36,102 nt of DNA from positions 584,845 to 620,946 of the forward strand of contig NC_068997.1 of assembly GCF_001194135.2 (NCBI RefSeq), in the 5' to 3' direction. Position numbers and translations under genes: made by a program. Below the pieces are notes generated by a model. That model ran no database searches. It was given only the letters and a program-made list of their open reading frames with translations, and was not told the DNA's origin. Position 1 is the first letter of the stretch; each line of letters begins with the position of its first letter. The stretch comes from Octopus bimaculoides. Its lineage: Eukaryota. Below, in pieces: positions 12,500 to 21,481 of the stretch.

Positions 12500-12545
12500 A
12501 ACATAACGTTTCGGCTGATATACACTCCAGCCTTCATCAGGTGTC
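12500..12545 (-). ncRNA. Minimal type I hammerhead ribozyme motif (PLE-associated)
   Basis: Minus strand GACAC-CTGATGA-A-GGCTG[GAGTGTATAT]CAGCC-GAAAC-GTT-ATGTT. Conserved core, 5-bp stem II, loop-less palindromic stem III (AACGTT), and stem I GACAC/ATGTT with one mismatch. Confidence 0.8.
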
Positions 12546-12607
12546 TTGGGGTGTCATCAGGTGTCTAAGGTATTTTTCGATGTTGTTATTATTATTACTA
12601 TTATTCA

Positions 12608-12680
12608 GGTCACTGCCTGAAATCGAACTCGAAATCTTGGGGTTAGTAGACCGCGTTCTTAACCACTATGCCATATGGCC
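12608..12680 (-). other. tRNA-like (Ser-related) Pol III A/B-box module in the PLE 3' region; not a functional tRNA
   Basis: Minus strand GGCCATATGGCATAGTGGTTAAGAACGCGGTCTACTAACCCCAAGATTTCGAGTTCGATTTCAGGCAGTGACC, 73 nt. A-box TGGCATAGTGG, B-box GAGTTCGATTTC. The loop CTACTAA resembles the tRNA-Ser(GCT) loop CTGCTAA. Stems are imperfect. Confidence 0.7.
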
Positions 12681-12709
12681 ATGGGCAATTATGGAGTGAA
12701 TTTTAGGGC

Positions 12710-13537
12710 TTATAAATCTAATGTTCTCCTATCTTTCCTTAATACCAGTTCCCATATGCTATTCATATCTGCACTCGGTCTGCTTAGGTGGTTGTTGTGT
12801 CCTAGCATATGTGCTGCTTTTAGTTTTCGTATTTTCCATTGGTGTTCTCTGTCTATTATTCTAACTTCATCCCACAGGGTCTCAATTTTTCCATACATGA
12901 TCAGCTATACCCGATTTATCAATATCTCCTCGTGTCACAGTTTTGCGATGTTCTTCTACCCTTATTTTGAGGGGGCGACATGTTTCACCTTTGTATAACC
13001 TACCACAGCTGCATAGGATGGAGTACCCACAGTTTTGGGTTATATTCTCTTTTATTGGTGGTTTTACCCGAAGGAGATATTTGCGAAGTGTTGTATTACT
13101 CTTGAATACTGTCCTGATGTCATATGGGCCGCATATCTTTTGTATCTTTTCGGAGAGGCCTTTCACATAGGGTAGACAGACTGTAGACAGTTTATTGGTT
13201 TCATCCTCTCTTTTCTTCATAATTGGAGTAGATAGTATGTTTTTGGGGTAGTTGTTGCTTAATAGATTGTTACTGAGCTTGATCATTTCTTCGTGGTGGG
13301 TATCACGATCGGTACTTATATTCTTTGCTCAATGTTTTAGGCACTGAGCAATCCTTCTTTTTACACTGTATGGGTGGTGGGAATTGAAGTTAAGGTAACC
13401 TCCAGTGAAGGTCGGCTTGCGGTGTACGGTTGTGCTGAATCCATACATGATGCGTGTTATTAATACGTCCAGGAATTATCTTTTTCCTTTTCCATTGTGA
13501 ACTGTATGGATGGCTTTATTGAGTTCACATGACAAAC
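12710..13537 (-). pseudogene. Disrupted PLE RT/GIY-YIG ORF (ORF-track pieces 12882-13286 and 12710-12898)
   Basis: Frameshift near 12890, plus stops and indels in the upstream part. The motifs have the short-linker Penelope/Poseidon-like arrangement. Confidence 0.88.
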
Positions 13538-13782
13538 CTTGAAAATCTTGTTCTCAACTTGGGATTCGATGCAATGTAGAAAACATGGTTATTAAGTTCG
13601 GCAGGAAATACCCGGAATGTCACCAATATAATGTAGAACGAAAAAAGAAAAGAAACAAAAGGTACAAAATGCTCCTCGTCCTTAACCACGAATTGTGATT
13701 CGAGAGCAAGCATAATCAAATCGGACAAAAACCCCGTCAAACAGCAGAAAATAACAATACCACCAACAACGACCAATAATAA

Positions 13783-13868
13783 TGGTTTCAAATTTTAGAT
13801 CAAGGCTAGCAATTTCAAGGGAGGGGGTAAGACACTTATATTGACTCTAGTGCTCAACTGATATTTCC
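13783..13868 (-). mobile_element. SINE family A 3' end
   Basis: AATAATAATGGTTTCAAATTTTAGATCAAGG...CAGTGCTCAACTG-like segment matches the tails at 15275 and 26941. Confidence 0.6.
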
Positions 13869-13869
13869 C

Positions 13870-15060
13870 CAGAGAAGCTCGAGCGCGATCGCGGTTGTTC
13901 GGTAAGGCGCTGGAATCCTGAAATGGACAGAGGGGGAGCTAAAGGAGATGGACAGGAAGTCAAAAAAGCTCCTAACGATTCATGGAGCCCATCATCTACG
14001 TGCAGAACCGATTGCCTATACACGAAGAGAGCAAATGGAGGAAGGAGGCTGATAAGTGTAGAAGACTGCGTGCGTATCGAACTCAAGAGTTTAATGAGAT
14101 ACCTAGTCCAAAGTAAGGAAACAGTTAGGAACGAGGGAGTATTGAAAGCAGAGAAAAAAGAAGGAAAACAAACGGAAAAGTACAAAAAGGACATGAAGAA
14201 GAATTACGCAAGAAAGAACTACACAATCAATTGCATGTAGACACAACAGAAGTTGCTGGAAAAATTAGGTGGGATTGGCTAAAGAAAGGAACAATAATAA
14301 ATGAGACCAAGAACACCATACTGGCAGCACAGGATCAAGCTCTGGCCACAAGCTGAAGGGTCAGCCTGAGGAATGAGTAAGTGTCTCCGCTGTGCCACAT
14401 CTGCAATAGAGTGGATGAAATCATTGCCCATATCTCGAACGAATGCCTTAGACTTGTCCAAAACCACTACAAGTTGTGGCGACACGATCAGGTAGCGGGA
14501 GTGCTCCATTGGAAACTGTGCGGAAATTGGAAGCTAGAGAGAGGCAAGACGTGGTATGAGCTCAAACCGTAGAGAGTGACAGAGTCGGAGATTAGCAAAA
14601 TCCTCTGGGATTTCCCAATCCAAACAGATTAAGTACTAGAGCATAATATACCGGACCTAGTGGTGGTGAACAAGATGCACCACACATGCTATATAGTTGA
14701 CGTTGCATGCTCCTTTGATCCACGAATAATCAAGAAGGAAGGGGAAAAGATAGATAAATACAACCCTCTTAGGTACGAAATAGCCTGACTATGGAAAATG
14801 AAGAAGGTGAAGATAGTGCCAATTATTGTTGGGTCCTTGGGGACAGTATCAGAAGGCATCAAGAGGAATATAAAGGAAATTGTATAGAGTAGCCAGTAGA
14901 ACTATTGCAAAAGGTTTGCCTCCTTGGCACGACCAGAATAACCAGGAAAATATTAGACAGCTGAAAAGAACGAAAAGCATGGTACCGTTGGCTGCAGGTA
15001 GTGAGACCACTACGCATGCAACACTCCAGGAGCTCCAACAAAACCTGTTATAAAGAGAAA
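13870..15060 (+). mobile_element. R4/Dong-clade RLE LINE, 3' part (RT thumb, CCHC knuckle, RLE endonuclease, 3' UTR)
   Basis: GAGILKWTEGELKEMDRK..LLTIHGAHH, GGRRLISVEDCV, ILAAQDQAL, CHICNRVDEIIAHISNEC, RHDQVAGVLHWKLC, ILWDFPIQTD, PDLVVVNK..CYIVDVA and KIDKY..LRYEIA..W (PD-D/ExK RLE). Ends at (TAA)n. Confidence 0.92.
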
Positions 15061-15077
15061 ATAATAATAATAATAAT

Positions 15078-15271
15078 CCTTTCTACTATGGGAACAAGGC
15101 CTGAAATTTTAGGGGAGGGGTTAAGTCGATTACATCGACCCAATACTCATCGAGCCCAAAAGGATGAAATGCAAAGTCGATCACGAAGGAATGTGAACTT
15201 AAACGTTAAGACGGACGAAATACCGCTAAGCTTTAGGCCCAGCGTACTAACCATGCTGCCAACTCGCCACC
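15078..15271 (-). mobile_element. SINE family A, near full length
   Basis: CCTTTCTACTATGGGAACAAGGCC tail, AAAGGATGAAATGCAAAGTCGA core and CTGCCAACTCGCC head, all in reverse orientation. Confidence 0.8.
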
Positions 15272-15274
15272 TTT

Positions 15275-15501
15275 ATAATAATAATAACGGTTTCAAATTT
15301 TGTCACAAGGGCAGCAATTTTGGGGGAGGGGATGAGTCGATTATATTGACCCAAGTGTTCAACTGGTACTCATTTTATCGACTTCGAAAGGATGAAAGGC
15401 AAAGTCGACCTCGATGGAATTTGAACTCAGAACATGAAGACGGGCGAAATGTTGCTAAGTATTTTTGTCCAACGTGCTAACAATTTTGGCAGCTTACCGC
15501 C
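15275..15501 (-). mobile_element. SINE family A, full length
   Basis: GGTTTCAAATTTTGTCACAAGG tail, CTGGTACTCATTTTATCGAC...GGATGAAAGGCAAAGTCGACCTC core and GAATTTGAACTC B-box. Confidence 0.85.
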
Positions 15502-15539
15502 TTAAATATGTACCCGATTGAATAAAGGAATACAATGCT

Positions 15540-15579
<40 letters not shown>

Positions 15580-15597
15580 ATTAATGTTTGCTTTTAA

Positions 15598-16141
15598 CCT
15601 TTCGTGGGTCGACGGGGTCAATTGGGATCTTTGCAGATTTTAAAAGTTATGCAACTTTTACATTTATTTAAATGATTTTAATCTCATTACTTTTGTAGTC
15701 AATAGTTTACAATAGCATACAAATTTCGAGAAAAAATTTCCAATCATATGGATTTTATAGCATAAAATATGGTAATTGAGGTCCAAATGGACCCCATTGG
15801 CCTTCTGTGAAATTATTTTCTTCTGTTCTTTTTTCAGATATTCTGATAAACTATATGTCAATTTTCTTCGTATTAGTACTATTAGAAATGTTGATTTCTT
15901 TCAATAAAAGTTTTTTCAGTCACTAGATTATATTTTATTTCTCCTCCATTAAACGCTAATAATAACAGATGCATTTCTATAAAGGGCTAAATTCCTTGTT
16001 CCTTATTATGCACTCACTAATATATACAAGATTAAACAAATGTTACTTTATAGATAGTGCGGAAATGTGCTAAAATAAAAGGGGGTCCCTCGGGACCCCA
16101 ACGGCCTTTTTTGTAATTCCAGCCCCCTCGGTCAACGAAGG
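15598..16141. mobile_element. piggyBac-type non-autonomous element (~544 bp) with TTAA TSD
   Basis: TTAA at 15594-15597 and 16142-16145. The ends read TTAA-CCTTTCGTGGGTCGACGGGG and, as reverse complement, TTAA-CCTTCGTTGACCGAGGGG. Internal GGTCC...GGACC palindromes. Confidence 0.7.
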
Positions 16142-16145
16142 TTAA

Positions 16146-16358
16146 GCCTTTCTTCTATAGGCACAAGGCCTAACATTTTTGTGAGAGGGGGCTAGTTGAA
16201 GTTGATTACATCGACTCCAGTGCTTCACTGGAACTTATTTTATAGACCTCAAAAGGATGAAAAGCAAAGTCAGATATGGTGGAATTTGAACTCAGAAAGT
16301 TAAGGCGTACCAATTACCGCCGCACTTTTTGCCCGGTGTGCTGACGATTCTGCCAACT
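16146..16358 (-). mobile_element. SINE family A, near full length
   Basis: CCTTTCTTCTATAGGCACAAGGCC tail, AAAAGGATGAAAAGCAAAGTC core, and GAATTTGAACTCAG and ACGATTCTGCCAACT head. Confidence 0.8.
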
Positions 16359-16376
16359 TACAAAAAAAAAAAAAAA

Positions 16377-16725
16377 CTGTATGATCATCTTGAAAGAAAT
16401 GGACGATCAGCAGATGAACATAAGTGCTGCAGGATCGTGAAGGAAAGGATCACAAGGAACAAAAGGACCAGTCGCTAATAGAGAAGGCAAATGTGAGGAA
16501 CTGCCGGAGAAGGTTGACAAGCTAACCAATGACTTGCATTGACTATAAGTAGGCACGTGATATGGTGCTTCATTCGTGGATTCTAAAATGCCTGGAGAAG
16601 GTCTGGGTAGTTAAAAATATGATATATTTAATCAGGAGCAGTATGAGGAACTGGAAGATGGTTTGCACAGCAGGTGGGAGGGAAATTGAACAAGTCAACA
16701 ACAGGAGGGGAATCTTACAGGAGGT
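16377..16725 (+). mobile_element. R4/Dong-clade LINE internal RT fragment
   Basis: LYDHLERNG..DEHKCCR, KGSQGTKDQSLIEK, CIDYK*ARDMVLHSWILKCLE, IRSSMRNWK and RRGILQ are RT motifs preceding GDSLSP. Confidence 0.85.
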
Positions 16726-16769
16726 TCCGAGTCATCCTAGCTGTTAGCATATTACCGCTAATTTACTTG

Positions 16770-16845
16770 ATATAATCAATTCATGCTATTGACTGGCATT
16801 TTATTTTATCGACCCTGGAAGAATGAAAGGCGAATCTAACCTCAG
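16770..16845 (-). mobile_element. SINE family A core fragment
   Basis: TTTTATCGACCCTGGAAGAATGAAAGGCGAATCTAACCTCAG. Confidence 0.55.
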
Positions 16846-17524
16846 TTTTTCGGTGTTGATTCATTAATTCTCAACGAAATTATACAAGAATCCACGGAAT
16901 CATTGTTTATGTTTATTTTATGCATTGGTAAACAGATAGAAATCTATTCTTCCTCTATTGCCTCGGATTGAACACAACACTGCAAGCTAACGAGTCACTC
17001 GTCAATTCTAGAGCTTTGCTCTCCTTGCAATGACAAATAACATATCAGCTATATCGGCAAAGACCCAGGTGAACTCGTAGATCATTGAGAGTTAAGTATC
17101 TTAGCTATGGGTACATGAAACATTTATTATAAGACTACTACGACCTCTTGGTTGCCAATATCCACTCGACTATGTTCCCAACTGTACAGATCTCATTAGT
17201 AAATGAAACTAAATATTTAATATTTCGCTATTAACGAAAACCTGTTTGACACAACACTTAATTTTAATTAATCTGTTATTGGTTAGGGGAAGGTGTGGTA
17301 TCAATAATGTATTTTAGATCGTTCTACTGAGAGGATTCGCCATTAATGGGTGAGATATTAGAATGAATAGACAAAAACAGGACTAAAATTGTGCTAAATA
17401 CGTATTAAGTATGTAAGCGTTTATAATCGTGATCCACCTAATTAAGATCAAAATATGTCAACGTCATATCCTCAAAATTTCTGACATAAAACATTACCGT
17501 TATAACTTATCTTTTATCCCAGAC

Positions 17525-17568
17525 GGGACCTTGATGACTGCCATGAGGCAGGAAAGTATACTAGTCCT
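17525..17568 (+). ncRNA. Hammerhead-ribozyme-like fold (type I, variant core)
   Basis: GGGAC-CTTGATGA-CTGCC[ATGA]GGCAG-GAAA-GTATAC-TA-GTCCT. Stem I GGGAC/GTCCT, perfect 5-bp stem II, palindromic stem III AGTATACT. The core has one extra T, and stem II closes C-G instead of G-C. Confidence 0.6.
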
Positions 17569-17935
17569 TATATATTTGATACTCTATATTTAATACTCAA
17601 TATTTCATATATTCAATAAGACAAGACATTCAATACTTCATTTCATTTTACTATTTATATTATATATTCCATATTCTATATCCCACATTAATTTTATAAA
17701 AATATAAATAAAACATAAAAAACAGACNNNNNNNNNNNNNNNNNNNNNNNNNNNNNNNNNNNNNNNNNNNNNNNNNNNNNNNNNNNNNNNNNNNNNNNNN
17801 NNNNNNNNNNNNNNNNNNNNNNNNNNNNNNNNNNNNNNNNNNNNNNNNNNNNNNNNNNNNNTATGTATGTATATATATATATACATATATATATATATAG
17901 CATTAATAAAATAGATGGAAAAAAGATTTTATTTA

Positions 17936-17977
17936 GTACGACACATGTTTCGACCTGTTCTGGGTCTCTTCGGGTAC
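17936..17977 (-). ncRNA. Hammerhead-ribozyme-like fold (type I, U4>C)
   Basis: Minus strand GTAC-CCGAAGA-GACC[CAGAACA]GGTC-GAAAC-ATGT-GTC-GTAC, followed by TAAATAAAA. All three stems pair, the cleavage triplet is GUC, and there is a single core substitution. Confidence 0.7.
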
Positions 17978-17981
17978 ATAA

Positions 17982-18047
17982 CCCAGAACGTAAAGACGTA
18001 CGAAATGCCGCTAAGCATTTGGCCTGGGGTGCTAACGATTTTGCCAT
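17982..18047 (-). mobile_element. SINE family A head fragment
   Basis: Reverse complement TGGCAAAATCGTTAGCACCCCAGGCCAAATGCTTAGCGGCATTTCGTACGTCTTTACGTTCTGGG. Confidence 0.7.
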
Positions 18048-18326
18048 TACATTTGTCTTAGTTTCAAATTGATATTCTCCTTTTCTTTTATGTACTTACA
18101 TTAATTACGAAAATTCGCCAGAAATTTATGAACATTTATGAATATTTATGAATATTATGAAAATTCGCCAGAAAAATTCGTCAGAAATTATTATATAGAT
18201 ATATTTGTTGTGTTGTCCTCTACCATTGTTAGGAAATGCCACCAAATTATTTAAGTTATATCGGCTCTAATGAAATTAATCGGCAGACATGAAGTGTGTG
18301 TCTTTACATTTATGTACATACACACG

Positions 18327-18373
<47 letters not shown>

Positions 18374-18868
18374 CGTCAATGTATCATATATCCGATAGAG
18401 AAGCACACTGTAAAAGCATAAAACAGTAAAGTATTAGAGTATAGCCTTCGTGAATGCGAAAGCATTGGTCACTCGATGACCAGACGTTAACTTTATTACT
18501 TTAATGTGTATATACTGTTGAGATTTTTAAGAATTTCATAAACTTATGAGACATTTGGAGTGGTGTGTCTTGAAGATCACTGATAGAGCTACAAATAATA
18601 GCGTGTAAATAAATATTGGATTGGAAAACCATTTTTGACAGAAAATGTCGAGCAGCCTTCGACTTTTCTATCCAAAAGGACTTCAGCCCAATACATACAT
18701 GTTATTATTTATAACGATATGTGTGCTTAAAGATATATTATTCCCCCAAAATTATATTTATGTGTGATTGTGTGCGCATGTATGTATGTATGTATGTATG
18801 TATGTATGTATGTATGTATGTATATATATATATATATACAGTAAGTTTTAACTATATTTCTAACGCGA

Positions 18869-18913
<45 letters not shown>

Positions 18914-19875
18914 TCCCTCTCTCTCTCTCTCTCTTTCTCTTTCTCTAAATCTATCTTCCCCTCTCATTCTTCCCTCTACTGTTCTTCGCCTCTCCCTGTC
19001 ACTACTATCTCTCTCTCTCTCTATCTCTCGCTGCTCGTCCTTCGCCTCTCACTGTTACTGCTACTATCTCTCTNNNNNNNNNNNNNNNNNNNNNNNNNNN
19101 NNNNNNNNNNNNNNNNNNNNNNNNNNNNNNNNNNNNNNNNNNNNNNNNNNNNNNNNNNNNNNNNNNNNNNNNNNNNNNNNNNNNNNNNNNNNNNNNNNNN
19201 NNNNNNNNNNNNNNNNNNNNNNNNNNNNNNNNNNNNNNNNNNNNNNNNNNNNNNNNNNNNNNNNNNNNNNNNNNNNNNNNNNNNNNNNNNNNNNNNNNNN
19301 NNNNNNNNNNNNNNNNNNNNNNNNNNNNNNNNNNNNNNNNNNNNNNNNNNNNNNNNNNNNNNNNNNNNNNNNNNNNNNNNNNNNNNNNNNNNNNNNNNNN
19401 NNNNNNNNNNNNNNNNNNNNNNNNNNNNNNNNNNNNNNNNNNNNNNNNNNNNNNNNNNNNNNNNNNNNNNNNNNNNNNNNNNNNNNNNNNNNNNNNNNNN
19501 NNNNNNNNNNNNNNNNNNNNNNNNNNNNNNNNNNNNNNNNNNNNNNNNNNNNNNNNNNNNNNNNNNNNNNNNNNNNNNNNNNNNNNNNNNNNNNNNNNNN
19601 NNNNNNNNNNNNNNNNNNGCTAGCCTGATAGACTCGGCTATGTCAAGATGGATTTATGTATTCTTCCTCCCACTTGGATTTTTATGTATTCTTTCTCCCA
19701 CTTGGATTTGAAATGTTGCCACAATTACAATATGTCTATTCTACTGTAATTTTCTGCATTTTCCTGCAGCTGAAGATTGCTCTACATATTGCATTTAATG
19801 TAATGCTCGCATTACTTAAATAAATGGAGTAGCATGAAACGTGCGTACTGCAATCATCTTTGAAATCCGTGTTGC

Positions 19876-19919
<44 letters not shown>

Positions 19920-19923
19920 GTAT

Positions 19924-20082
19924 GGTGCACGTCAGCACCAGCATTGCTAGAAATAAGAGTGAAAACAACACTTAGCCACGGGCAAAGCACTATCTATTGA
20001 CTGACAAGGGAGACAACCTCCCTACAGTGGCTAAGAATTGTTTTGACTCTTATTTCTAGCAATGTTGGTGCTGATTTGCACC
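19924..20082. repeat. Inverted repeat / MITE-like element, 56-bp arms, 47-bp spacer
   Basis: GGTGCACGTCAGCACCAGCATTGCTAGAAATAAGAGTGAAAACAACACTTAGCCAC versus the reverse complement of 20027-20082, GGTGCAAATCAGCACCAACATTGCTAGAAATAAGAGTCAAAACAATTCTTAGCCAC. Confidence 0.88.
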
Positions 20083-21233
20083 CTCAGTCACTTTAGTGAC
20101 GATTATGTTTATATAATAGACAGATATGCATTTGGGTACGTCTATGATTCAATTTTATCTATCGATTGATTGATCGATTGAAAATATAGGGAACCGTTCC
20201 ACACAATATCTTCCTCAGAGCTAACGCAAATAGGCTATCAAAGAAAAAAAAGAAAAAAAGACATGATGGAATTTGGTCAGTGAAACCCATGTGGGAGGGG
20301 GGGTATTTACAAATATACAAACTAAAGGCAAGCGTGGTATTGCTAATTATTTTAAACCTGAAGTATCAACATCTGACTAATTAATTATAAGGTATTGCAA
20401 TCAGAGATTATAAATAAATAATTTATAACAAGTAAAGTAACGGTAAGACTGAGGCCACATATAATCCTAAATTATTGGACAGATTATCGTTAGTACAGCT
20501 GCAATAGGAGTCTAAGATACGATTCTTAGAGTAAATGATACAAGTGCTTGACGAAGAAGATAAACTCTAAACAAGACCAAATAAAACAAAAGCAAAACAA
20601 AAGCAACAAAAACGAAAGTAAACATAAACACGAAAATAAATATATGGAAGAATAGAGGAATGGATATATGAAAAATTAGAAATAAAAAAAATACAAAGGA
20701 TATCTTCTTATTATCAAATAAACCGAGAGAAGAGACAAAGAAAGGAAATCTATAATTAGAGCAGTTAAAAAAATTGACAATTACCATTAAATTTAAATAT
20801 GCATTATCTCTATGTTATTGAACTAGGAAGGTGTGCGGATGTGATCATATCTATTTGTTCACATGATTGATCATCGAGGGACTAATATAAAGGTTTTGTT
20901 GTAAAATTGTTTACATTTTACCGCTAGTTCTTGCCTCTTATTCAGGATCTTTACTCTGAGGTAATACGTATTAACGATGACTCATCTAAGCAAAGATCAC
21001 ATTTAGTTTTCCGTACTTCATAAGGAGGTGCACTGCTCAATATTGATCGTTTAATATTTTGAGATTTTGTTACTATTAAGTTCCCAAATGAGCTTAATGA
21101 GGTGTATATACCTTGTTTATCATTTTGTCCATGTTCTTTTGCAACGTCCTGTACCCAGATATGTATCTATATGTACATGTAGATGAAGGTATGTACATAC
21201 ATGTATATATATATATGCATATACTCATATATT

Positions 21234-21276
<43 letters not shown>

Positions 21277-21481
21277 TTGCGCACTCGCTTTAAGGAATAG
21301 AGAGAGCCTCAGGTGAAGTAGCCTCATCAATGAACCCACTGAGGCAATGTTTAGGGTGTAATAATGCTAGATTGTCTTGACCTTCACTATCAATTTGACT
21401 CTATGTGGCGACTATAATTGAGAATGGTAGCCCAGGCGAGTGAGAACAAATATTCTCCGTACGAGCATAGCTTTCTTTCTT

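Larger units (their letters stand above)
12410..13537 (-). mobile_element. Penelope-like element (PLE), 5'-truncated: RT thumb, GIY-YIG endonuclease and 3' pseudo-LTR with hammerhead
   Basis: Translation: HVNSIKPSIQFTMEKEKDN.FLDVLITR...TTVHRKPTFTGGYLNFNSHHP, then CLPYVKGLSEKI...GYSILCSCGRLYKGETCRPLKIRVEEH (GIY-YIG), then WDEVRIIDREHQWKIRKLK. A hammerhead core lies downstream. Confidence 0.92.

Noticed and set aside
17012-17068. Possible 57-nt plus-strand exon (TAG|...CAG|GTGAAC; SFALLAMTNNISAISAKTQ)
   Set aside because: Weak polypyrimidine tract and donor, unrecognised peptide and no partner exons.
18105-18190. Repeated AAAATTCGCCAGAAA and TTTATGAA words resembling a repeat-spacer array
   Set aside because: Short local slippage duplications in a eukaryotic context, with no regular spacers; not CRISPR.
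19650-19709. ~29-bp tandem duplication (ATTTATGTATTCTTCCTCCCACTTGG x2)
   Set aside because: Simple two-copy duplication with no further structure.
20512-20787. Hydrophobic 91-aa ORF resembling a membrane protein
   Set aside because: It is the reverse complement of an A-rich low-complexity tract, and the F/L/V richness is compositional.
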